Assembly (NCBI GenBank): GCA_963813715.1
Contig: CAWFAK010000017.1
Location: 1,024,001-1,088,000 of the forward strand
Direction: 5' to 3'
DNA: 64,000 nt
Origin: an uncultured Planctomycetaceae bacterium
GTDB taxonomy: Bacteria; Planctomycetota; Planctomycetia; Planctomycetales; Planctomycetaceae
Shown: positions 45,549 through 55,557 of the stretch, one piece after another
Position numbering within the stretch: position 1 is the stretch's first letter
How the letters are laid out: every line of letters starts with the position of its first letter
The notes under the pieces: model-generated
What the model was told of the DNA's origin: nothing
The model's database searches: none
Seen by the model: only the letters and a program-made list of their open reading frames with translations
Position numbers and translations under genes: made by a program

Positions 45549-46958
45549 GTGAGTGCGGCCCGAGTGCCAGCCAATCGGTCCTTGTCACTGTTGCTAGCGG
45601 CCGTGGCTGTTTGTCTCGGCGCGACGCACCTCTCCGCGCAAACGTCCGGAGCGAAAGCAGCTCTGCCGGCCCTTGCCGGAGAGCCCGATTATCGAAGCCC
45701 CGACCAGCGGCCGCAGCACGACGACGCCCACTTGAGCACGCTGGGCATCGCATCGATCCAGTCGAAGCGGCTCAAGCTCTACTCCGACGGCCCGCTCGAT
45801 CGCCTTAAATCGATCGGCCCGGCTGTCGATGCGCTCTACGACGCGCTTGTCGAATACTTCGGTCCGCTGCCGCCGGCCCGGGACAAATCCGAATTCGCCG
45901 TCACGGGCTACCTGATGACCGATAAGTCTCGCTTTCGCAACGCGGGACTCTTGCCCGAGGAGTTGCCGCCGTTTTTGAACGGCCGCCACCGCGGCCTGGA
46001 ATTCTGGGTGAACGAGCAGGAGACCGACTACTATCGCCGCCATCTGATCCTGCACGAATTCACGCACTGTTTCATGTACGCGCCGGAAGGCGTGGAGATG
46101 CCCGTCTGGTACTCGGAAGGGATGGCCGAGCTCTTCGGGACGCACACCGTCGACGCGGCCGGCCATTACCAGTTCCGCGTGATGCCGGATCGGAACGAGA
46201 ACTTTCGCGGCCACGGCCGCATCCCGCTCATCCGCAGCGAAATCGCCGCCAATCATTGGAAGTCGCTCCGCGACGTCACTCGCATCACCGCCCAGGATTT
46301 TCTGCAGACGCCGGCCTATGCTTGGTCGTGGGCCTTGTGTGCGCTGCTCGACGGGAATCCGCGATACTCGTCCAAATTCCGCCAACTGAGCCATCACCGG
46401 GGCTACGGCCAGTTTGCCGCCGCGTTTCGCGAACTCTTCGGCGACTCGCTAGACGAACTGCGAACCGAGCGGTCCCTGTTCTCGCACGAGCTGCAATACG
46501 GTTTCGACCTCAAGCGGGCGGCGATCGACTTCAAGCCGGGCAAGCCCCTGGTGCCGAATGATCCGAGCTGGCCGATCGACGTGGCGGCCGACCGCGGCTG
46601 GCAATCGAGCGGCGTCCTCGTCCGCGCGGGGGCCGAATACGAAATCACGGCCACCGGCGAAGTCACGCTGGGCACGAGCCCCAAACCGTGGATCAGTCAG
46701 CCGCCCGGCGTGAGCATCGTCTATTCGGAAGGCCATCCGATCGGCCTGCTGTTGGCCGCCGTTCATCGCGAATCCCCGGCGACTGATCCCGCGACCGAAG
46801 AATCGATGCTCCGCCAGATCGCGGTTGGCCGAGGCGTGCGATTCACGCCGTCGGTCGGCGGCACGCTCTACTTCCGCATCAACGACCACTGGAATTCGCT
46901 CGCCGATAACGACGGCCACTACCGCGTGACCGTTCGCGAGCTGTCCGCTCCCAAGTGA
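45549..46958 (+). CDS. Secreted gluzincin-type metallopeptidase-like protein with a C-terminal beta-sandwich
   Basis: Signal peptide; HEFTH followed by WYSEGMAE; C-terminal GWQSSGV...ITATG...LYFRIND...DNDG.Y.V domain. Confidence 0.7.
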   Translation: MSAARVPANRSLSLLLAAVAVCLGATHLSAQTSGAKAALPALAGEPDYRSPDQRPQHDDAHLSTLGIASIQSKRLKLYSDGPLDRLKSIGPAVDALYDALVEYFGPLPPARDKSEFAVTGYLMTDKSRFRNAGLLPEELPPFLNGRHRGLEFWVNEQETDYYRRHLILHEFTHCFMYAPEGVEMPVWYSEGMAELFGTHTVDAAGHYQFRVMPDRNENFRGHGRIPLIRSEIAANHWKSLRDVTRITAQDFLQTPAYAWSWALCALLDGNPRYSSKFRQLSHHRGYGQFAAAFRELFGDSLDELRTERSLFSHELQYGFDLKRAAIDFKPGKPLVPNDPSWPIDVAADRGWQSSGVLVRAGAEYEITATGEVTLGTSPKPWISQPPGVSIVYSEGHPIGLLLAAVHRESPATDPATEESMLRQIAVGRGVRFTPSVGGTLYFRINDHWNSLADNDGHYRVTVRELSAPK

Positions 46959-47020
46959 TCGCGCCGGCAAGCCGTCAGACAGTGTGTGTCACGGTTTCAG
47001 CAAGAGGGGCAAAAAGTCGC

Positions 47021-49470
47021 CTATTTGATCTTGCCCGCGTAGGACAGATCCTGCAGCAGGGCATAACGGATCACGTTGAAGGCGATGCGGACGGCGTCGC
47101 CGTGTTCGTAGCCCGCGCAGGACACCGAGGCCTGCCGCTCGAGCGCGCAGCTCAGGTCGTACTTGCTATAGATGACACAGTACCGGCCATTGAGTTCGAT
47201 GCCTTCCAGAAACGGCTCGCCTTCCTTGAAAGTCGAATCGAGCGGGCCGTTCGGGTTGCCGTTCTGTGGAATGCGGCGTTTCACCCGCTGGATGGGAAAG
47301 CCGATGCCCGCCGTAAAGAGTTCGTGCGTCACCGGAATTCGTTCGAGTTTCTTGTCCGGATAGAGCTGATGGACCATCTCGCGAAAGCTTTTGTCGAACT
47401 GGGGCGAACCGCAGCACGAGTCGGCAAACAGCACCGCCCCGTTCTGCAGGTACTTGCGCATGTTCTGGATTTCTTGCGGCCCGAACTCGAACGTGGCCCG
47501 GCCGTGCATGTAGGCGAGCGGATAACGGCGGAGCTGCGGATCGCTGGGGACGAGATTTTTCTGCCGCGTCGAGGCCAGGACGCCCGACTTCTGGTTGAGG
47601 GCCATCAGGACGTTGTGGAGGGCCCGCGGCGCCGCGTCCCAGTCCCCCATGTGCCGCAGCTTGGCGACTTGGAGCAAACCCCGCTCGATGTGGTCCTGCG
47701 GCCCCGCCACCTGCTCCTGCGGGGCATCGAGCTTGTCGTAGGGCTCGCGGCCCGTCGCGTACGCCACGACGTTCGCCCCCACCTTCATCGAATGCAGCAC
47801 GAGCAGGTTGAAGACCGCCGTCCGCTTGGGGACCGGCTGGAGCGACCACTTGTCCCACAGGCACGAGTGATCGCGAGGGGAATAGACAAACGAAGTGCGG
47901 CACCCAAAATCGACGCCCAACAGCTCCGTCCCCTCCGGATCGAGCGGAAACTCGGAGCGATAAATCGGATGCTCGGGCGGCAGCCGCTTGAGCTGAGCTT
48001 CCCCCGGGTAAATCCGCGACACCAGATTCTTGATCCCCTCGTCGAAGCCCGCGCCGTTGCAGTTGTTGACGGCGAAAATGAAGCCCCCCTGCTCGACGTA
48101 GGCCCGCAGCAATTGCACCTGGGCCTCGGTAAATTTCGGCTCTTCCAAGCCGCCAATGTAGAGGATCGGCGCCTGCAGCAAATCGCGGACGCTGCCGTTG
48201 GCCACCACCTTGTCGAGGTCCAGCTCCTGATAGGTCAGCAGCTTGGGCCACTTCGGCAGGCCGCTGACATACTCGGTCAGATTGCGGGCGTCGTTGGGAT
48301 GCAGATTCCAGTTGGGCAGCGCGTCGTCGTCCCGCCGGCACCCGGCTGCGAGTCATAGTTCAGCTTGTTGATCAAAACCGGCGCGAGGCCCTTCGACAGG
48401 AACAACAAAGCAAAGCTCGACGCGACGACGCGATCCGACTCGACGGACGTAAACGTCGCGTTCCAGCTCCCCTGCACGCGCGACTGCCCCTCGATCAGGT
48501 AGCTGGCCCCTTCGCGGTACCAGTCGTGATTGCCGAAGAAGCGCTGGCCCGAGAGCCGGCCGGCCCGCTCGACGCCGTATAGGTAATACAGGACCCAGCT
48601 GGCACCGTGCCCGGGATTCACGCCGACGGCGAAATAATGCTCGAACCATTCGACCGCGCGCCGTAGCGCCGCAGTCGACCGCGGGGCCTTGTTGCAGCAT
48701 TTGGGCGTGCCGTCGGCGTTCGTGTCCTCCTCGGATGAGCCGAGCATTTGCTCGCAGATCACCAGGCACCCCATGCCCGAGCAGGTCATACTGCCTGTGC
48801 TGGGATCCAAGTTGTGATAACCCCAACCGCCGTCCCCGTTCTGATACTCGATGAAATGCTTGAGAGTCAGCTCCCAGGTCTTGCGGCGGATCTTGACGCC
48901 GGCAATCGCCGCCTCGCGAAGTCCCAGGATGGCGAATTGCGTGTTACTGTTGTCTTCGCTGCCGCCGCCGAATTGGCCGTGCCCGTAGTTCCACATGCCA
49001 GCGAGCGGTGCTCGGGTCGTCTGAATGCTCTCCAGTCGCTCGGCCAGCATGGCGATCCGCAACTTATCGCGGTCCCAGTCCTTGGCAGCGACGAGGGCCA
49101 TCAACACCAGCGAGGTTTCGTACGTTCCGCCCGGATCGTGAAAGCTCCGGAGATAACCCAGCGCCGGGTGATCACCGGATCGTTGGGGGCGACTCCCGAG
49201 TTGAGCAGGGCCAGCGTGGCGAGCGCCGTCGGTCCGACGGGATACGCGCCTCGGGCGAGGCCTCCGTTGCCGAACGAGCCGTTCTCGTTCTGGGTGGTCG
49301 CCATATAGGCCGTGCCGCGGGCGATCGACGTCTTGACCATCTCCGCGGTCAGCTCGGGCCAGCGCCCCTGCGCCTGACCCCAGGCGGCGCCCGACTCCAC
49401 CGCAGGCGACACCCGCGACGGCCAGTGCGACGGCCATCGCTCGAGCGACCGGCCGGACGCCGTGTGACAT
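47021..49470 (-). CDS. DUF4159 domain protein with an N-terminal prenyltransferase-like alpha/alpha barrel; several frameshifts
   Basis: DNSNTQFAILGLREA, STGSMT, YYLYGVERAGRL and DWYREGA, then two DUF4159-like repeats (GGFIFA, GAVLFADSCCG, YSKYDLSCALE). Confidence 0.82.
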
Positions 49471-49681
49471 CTCTTTCGTTCCTGAGTGCTGGCGGTCGAA
49501 CGTGCTGGCGTGCAAAGGACGCCTCAATTCTACCCGACCTCTGAAGCCGGGCAAACGGCCTATGTTCTGCGTCCATCTCATCGACGCGTGGCCGACGGAG
49601 AGGATTGATGCTGACCGATGTCCCCCCTAGAATCGGCAAGCCGAAGAATTCCGCCTCAAACTTCGAGGAAATTCGCCCACC

Positions 49682-50704
49682 GTGGCTCCCGAAAAACGCG
49701 ACTTCGACGACTTTCTTGATCGGTTCAAGCGGCACCACGACCTGATGGTCGAAGAGCTGCACAAGGTGATCATCGGGCAGGACGCCGTCATCGATCAAAT
49801 CCTGGCGGCGATCTTTACGGGCGGCCATTGCCTGCTGGTGGGCGTGCCGGGGCTGGCCAAAACGCTCGTGGTCAGCACGATCGCCCAAATTCTCGACGCC
49901 CAGTTCAAGCGGATTCAGTTCACCCCCGACCTGATGCCCTCGGACATCACCGGAACAAACGTGCTGGAAGAAGGAGACGGCGGCAAGCGCGAGTTTCGTT
50001 TCGTGCAGGGGCCGGTCTTCACCAACATTCTGCTCGCCGACGAGATCAACCGCACGCCGCCCAAAACGCAGGCGGCCCTCCTGCAGTCGATGCAGGAGCA
50101 CGAAGTGACGGCCGGCAAGCAAACCTACGCCCTGCCCGAGCCGTTCTTCGTCATCGCCACGCAGAACCCGATCGAGCAGGAAGGGACTTATCCGCTGCCC
50201 GAAGCCCAGCTCGACCGGTTCATGTTCAACATCAAGGTCGACTACCCGACTCTCGAGCACGAAGAAGAGATCCTCTCGCGCACAACCGGCATGGAGAAAC
50301 CCGAGGTCCGCAAGGTCCTCTCGTCGAAGTCGATCCTGTTCCTGCAAAAGCAGATCGGCCAGATCGAAGCGACGCCGCTGACCATCAATTACGTGGCGCG
50401 CCTGGTCCGAGCGACGCGACCTTCCGATCCGTCTTCGCCGAAATTCGTGCGAGAGATGATCGACTGGGGCGGCGGGCCGCGGGCCGGGCAATACCTGATC
50501 GCCGGGGCCAAGGCGGTTGCCGCCATGGACGGCCGTCCCAGCGTCTCGCTCGACGACGTCCGCAAGGTGGCCGTCCCGGTGCTGCGGCACCGGATCTCGA
50601 CCAACTTCCAGTCGCAGGCGGAAGGCATGACGCCCGAAGACATCATCAATCGCCTGATCAAAGAAGTCCCCGAGCCGACGATCGACAAGTACGACAAACG
50701 ATGA
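49682..50704 (+). CDS. moxR: MoxR-family AAA+ ATPase
   Basis: GVPGLAKT, RIQFTPDLMPSDITG, LADEINRTPPKTQAALL and ATQNPIEQEGTYPLPEAQLDRF. Confidence 0.96.
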   Translation: MAPEKRDFDDFLDRFKRHHDLMVEELHKVIIGQDAVIDQILAAIFTGGHCLLVGVPGLAKTLVVSTIAQILDAQFKRIQFTPDLMPSDITGTNVLEEGDGGKREFRFVQGPVFTNILLADEINRTPPKTQAALLQSMQEHEVTAGKQTYALPEPFFVIATQNPIEQEGTYPLPEAQLDRFMFNIKVDYPTLEHEEEILSRTTGMEKPEVRKVLSSKSILFLQKQIGQIEATPLTINYVARLVRATRPSDPSSPKFVREMIDWGGGPRAGQYLIAGAKAVAAMDGRPSVSLDDVRKVAVPVLRHRISTNFQSQAEGMTPEDIINRLIKEVPEPTIDKYDKR

Positions 50705-50739
50705 GCGGGTTCGCCGAACCCGTGCTGGCCGCCAGCCGG

Positions 50740-50970
50740 CCTGTCCCCGACTCCCTCCTCGCCCCCGCCGCTTCGCCCCAGCCATCACCCCCCGCCCGTT
50801 CCTGATGGGGATGCACCGCCACGACGAGATGTGCGCAACCACAGAAGCGGAGCACGTTGTCAAAACGCTTGCCAACCCCAAACGCCAAACTCTCGTTCTA
50901 CGACGGCACCCACAAAATCGGCCCGGCGTTTGTGCCGGAGGCGGTGGCGTGGTTGAAGAAGAATTTGTAA
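50740..50970 (+). pseudogene. Orphan 3' fragment of an alpha/beta hydrolase
   Basis: Joined frames read RFAPAITPRPFLMGMHRHDEMC...NAKLSFYDGTHKIGPAFVPEAVAWLKKNL*. No N-terminal nucleophile region is present. Confidence 0.55.
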
Positions 50971-51183
50971 GGCGCGGCTCCATCGGCTCCCCGGAACGGG
51001 ATTGCTCCCCGCAGGCCGCGTTCTTTCCCAGCGGCTTTTCCAAGTTCTATCGACAAGCGGCCGCGTTATATTGGGGAGACTGAACGGCCGTCGATTGCCG
51101 TGAATCGCGGCGCGCGATCTTGGCAAACGGCAACCAACACTATCGGACGAAAGTGTTGATCTCGATCAAGTCCGGAGGCTGCG

Positions 51184-54100
51184 ATGGGGATCGAGTTTAC
51201 TTGCAGCGCGGGCCACAAAATCCGCGTTGCCGACGAACTGGCTGGGAAGACGGTGCGTTGCCCCAAGTGCTCGGAGCGGATCGCGGTCCCGCGAATTGGA
51301 CGCAACCCGATCGAAGCTTCCACGTCCGACGTGCAACTGATCGAGCCTCCCGCGCGAAGCCCCGCGAAGAGCTCGCGGAAAGTCCCGCCTGCCGAATCGC
51401 GGGCGTCGACCGGTCCGGCACCGTCCACGCATCCGAGTCGCTCCCGTGACTCAGGCCGCCACGAACCGCCCCCTATCCCGTCCAAAGCGTCCGCGTCGAA
51501 ACGGATCTGGTTCCTCGTCGCCGGATTCGGGGCTGCGGCTCTCCTGCTGGTCACGGTCGGGATGTTTGTTGCCTTAAAGTTCTTGGCGCCGAAAGGTGCC
51601 GCCCAACAGTCGGTCGCGCAAAACGCCAACGCGCCGGGCGAGTCGCCACAAAAGGCCGGAGCCGGCTCAAAGCAGGTCGCGGCGGACAAAGGCGACGCGG
51701 CAGCGCCCGCCAAGGCAGCGCCCGCAATCGCCAACGCGAATGGCGAAAAGCCGGACGCGGAAGACCCCACGCCCGCGGCAGCTCCTCAGGGCGCACGGAG
51801 TCGCGAGACTCTCCCGCTGCCCGCTCCCATCCAGCAGCTCGTCGTGGGCGGATCGGGGAACTATCTCGTCGCGGCACTCCCCGGCATCAAGCAAGTGGCC
51901 ATCGTCGACGTCGCGGCCAAAAAAATCTCGAAGCTCGTCCCGGTCGAGGATAGCGATCCGTTGCTTGCCGCCGGCGAGACCAAGTTCGTCGTCCTCGAGC
52001 GCGGGCAGGGAATCCTCAGCCGTTACGACTTGAAGACCGGCGCGCGCGAGGCAACCGAACCGTGCGAGTCTCACGCCGCCATCGCCATGGGATCGTCCTC
52101 CGAAGGGCCCATCATGGCGGCCGGAATGACGACCGAACTGATCGACCTCAAAACGCTCAAAACGACCATCACGCGGCCCAACGACAACCTGCGGAGTGCA
52201 TCGGTCAGCCTGCTTGCCTCGCCCGACAGCAAGGTCTTCGGCGCGTGCCGGTTGAACACGTCGCCTACGGGCATCTTTGTTTTCGAGATCAACGGAGACG
52301 ACCTCCAATCGACGTACTTGCATACCACTCAACGGGCCGTCATTCCGAGTGCCGATGGGAAAACGATCTTTTCCGGACCGATGCGCTACGACTTGAAGTG
52401 CCACCCTCTGCCCGGCCAGCCGCGCCCCAATTCGTCGATCCTGCTCCTGCCGGCGGCCACGGGACAGCTTTATATGTCGTGGACCGTGCCCGGGTACGCC
52501 GCCCGGAGAACGACCAGTCGCTCGCGCAGAGGCTCCGCTCCCGCCAACGGCTCCCCGCCGACTCGCGATCCTGGCCTGCTCACAATTCAATCTGCCAGCG
52601 ACAACACGCCTCTCGTGGACGTGAAGGACGTGGTTCTGCCCGATTTCGATCAGTTCGTCGACCACGTCCATCCTAAGTTGCCCAACGAGCGACGCCTGTT
52701 CTGGCTGCCGATTGTCGACGCTCTGGTTACGGTCCCCTCCGGCTACGAACAGCTTGTGATCCAGCATTTCAATGTTAAGGAAGAACTCGACAACAGCGGC
52801 GTCGACTATTTCCGCGTCGCCTCGTCTCCGCCGCACCTCTTAGAACGCGGGAAGAAGCTGACCTACGCAATCGATGTCCTCTCGAAGAGCGGCAAGGTGC
52901 AATACGCCCTCGAGAACGGCCCGCCGGGAGCGAAAGTTTCACCGGAAGGCGAATTGACCTGGGACGTCCCCAACGACTTCGGGCCCCACGATGCAGTGCT
53001 GCTCGTCAAATTGACCGATGGCTCCGGCCGAGAGCTGATCCATGCCGTCAAGTTGTCCGACGCCGAACCAACTCCCCTACCGACACCCGTACAGGCGCCG
53101 CCGGTCGTCGTGGAACGCAGAGCGTTCCAGGACCCTGTAAGACGCCTCCCGATAGCCCCTCCGCCCAACGGCCCCATCGGGTCGACAGTCCCCAATCGCT
53201 TCGTCGGCCCCGTCACTGCGTTTCCCAAGAACGCGGGCACGAACTGCTGGCATTGGACCGGAGGACTGGCCTTTCCCGTTCGCACGGAGAAAGGCGGTTT
53301 CGGCGGCATCGTGCTGAGCGAAAAACTCTACCTGCTCAAAGAGAACGGCGCGATGTCGACCGAGCCGGTCACGCTGCCGTCCGATTATTTGCACACGGGC
53401 CTGCGCCAAACAGCATCATCGGCGTGGCCATCAATCCCACCCGCGTCGAGATTTGCGACCGTCACGGCAAGCTGTTGCGAAAGATTTCGCTGGAGAATGT
53501 CAGCCCCGCTGGACCTGGCACTGCATCCCACGAAACCGATTTGCTACGTCGGCCTCGATCGCAGCATCCCGCCGATGCGCGGCGCGTTTGTCGTCGTCGA
53601 CGAACAGGCCGGCAACGTGACCTCCGGAGACGAAGACCTCGGGCAGAACGTAGTCGTCGATCCGTCCGGCCGTTTTCTCGTGAGCACGTACGTGCATCGC
53701 GTGCACGTCGGTGACCAGATCGTCGTCACGCAATCGCCCGGCGGTGCGGGCCGCTTCCGCGGGCGACGGCCCGGCGGCGCGGTTCCGCCTCCGCGTGTCG
53801 GCGTGCTGCACACCTTTTCTCATATCGCGGTGATGGTGGTGTACGACTTGGACTCCCCCCTGCAGCCGGAGTTCCACGCCTTCACACCGTTCACATCAGT
53901 TCCCGGACCGCTACGGATCTCGTCCGACGGCCGCCGCGCAACGGCGCAGCGCGCTCACGGACCGAATCGGGGTTTTCTCCGCTTCGCAATCCCCTCGATT
54001 TCAAGGCCGCCGCGACCAACTATGAATTGACGTCCTCGACGGGCACCAGTCGCGGCTCGGACGTCGCCTTCCATCCCACGCTGCCCTTAAGCGCCGTCGT

Positions 54101-55189
54101 CGGCGCCGGCACGGTCGCTCTCTTCGACGCCGACTCCGGCAACCTGATTCCGTTGAAGGCAAAGCCCGATCTGGGCGAGCTGGACAATTCGACCATCCGG
54201 CGCGTCCTGTTCTCCGGCGACGGCAAATCCCTCGTGATCCTGGCCGACGGCAACGCCGGCAGGCAGACCTTGCTGCGAGTCCCCGCGTCTCTCCCCTCCG
54301 ACCAGCTCGCAGCCCTGAAAAAACGGGCCACGTCGCAGCACAAAAACCTCAAGTCGAACGCTCCGCCGTTGGCCGAGCTCACCGCCTGGCGCGGAGGACT
54401 ATCCAAACCGGCAACGCCCGCCGAGATCGCCGCCGACTTCTCCGATTCGGTCGCAATCGTCCGCTCGGGAGATTCGACGGGAACCGGCTTCTTCGTCGGC
54501 ACATCGGGCCTCGTGCTCACGGCCGCCCATTGCGTCTCTCCCATGGACAGCGTCCAAGTCATCTACCATTCCCAGGGAAAGGCCGATGAGAAGAACACCG
54601 CGGACGCCAGCGTCGTCTATCGCGACCGCAAGGCGGACCTGGCTCTGCTCAAGATCAAGGTGTCGAAGAAACTCCATCCGGTCGTGCTCGCCGACCCGAT
54701 CGACGTCAAGAGCGGCGAAGAAGTGACGATCATCGCCAATCCCGGCCTGGGCACCGAGGTCCTCGACAACACCGTGACGACGGGCATCATCAGCAACGTC
54801 AAGCGAATGATCGCCGGCCTTCCCTACATCCAGTCATCCGCGGCCGTCAATCCGGGCTCGAGCGGGGGGCCGATGTTCGATCGCAGCGGCCACGTGATCG
54901 GCGTCGTCGTCCTCAAGGCGGGAATCGAAGGCGTCGGCTTCGCCGTCCCGCCGCAAGCGATCGCCCGATTCCTCCTCAAAGCGACCCGCCACGACACCAA
55001 GCAAGGCCTCCTCGAACGCGCCTGGGTCGACGCGCAACTCAAAAGCGAAATCCCCGGCGGCTTCCTGACGAATCGAAAAAGGCTCGGTCACTCTCCAGAA
55101 ACAAAAGCGGCGAGTCGAAGTCGCGCCCCCTCTCCGACTTCAGCCCCGGCGACCAGAAGCTGTTGGCTCTGCTGGCGACTGACGATTAA
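51184..55189 (+). CDS. Large membrane-anchored multidomain S1 (trypsin-like) serine protease; several frameshifts
   Basis: Zn-ribbon (CSAGH...CPKC), TM, beta-propeller-like region, Ig-like region (GPPGAKVSPEGELTW), intact triad LTAAHC / DLALLK / NPGSSGGP, and an SHD1-like tail ending at TAA 55189. Confidence 0.75.
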
Positions 55190-55267
55190 GCCGCAGGCAA
55201 GCGATCTTCAGCGTCGTAGGGTGTGACAAGAACCGCCAAACGCGGGCGCAGGCAACACCAGCTTTCT

Positions 55268-55408
55268 CTCGTGCTCAAGCTCTGCTTGGGCACGCACGTT
55301 CCGGGAAGCTCCGCTTCCCCGGGACCGTACCGCGGGCCAGCATCTCGCTTGGCTCGAGCAAAGCGGTGCTTCGCGGACGTGCGTTCCCAAGGGAACCTTG
55401 CGAACGAG
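55268..55408. repeat. REPIN-like composite inverted repeat
   Basis: ~49 bp imperfect inverted arms (CTCGTGCTCAAGCTCTGCTTGGGCACGCACG...GAAGCTCCGCTT / AAGCGGTGCTTC...CGTGCGTTCCCAAGGGAACCTTGCGAACGAG), each internally palindromic. Confidence 0.75.
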
Positions 55409-55413
55409 CGGGA

Positions 55414-55543
55414 AACTTCAAGTCGCAGGCCGAAGGCAAAACGCCCGAGGACATCATCAACGACCTGATCAATGCCGTCCCCGAGCCGACGATCGAGAAG
55501 TACGAGAAACGCTGAGCGGGTTTGCCAAACCCGTGCTGGCCGC
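55414..55543 (+). repeat. Diverged direct-repeat copy of the moxR 3' end and downstream palindrome (matches 50603-50732)
   Basis: 130 bp with no indels and 16 mismatches by manual alignment; encodes NFKSQAEGKTPEDIINDLINAVPEPTIEKYEKR*. Confidence 0.92.
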
Positions 55544-55557
55544 AGCTAAGAGTGCAC

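Noticed and set aside
50603..55543. Diversity-generating retroelement TR/VR pair
   Set aside because: The mismatches are not confined to adenines of either copy, and there is no reverse transcriptase in the window.
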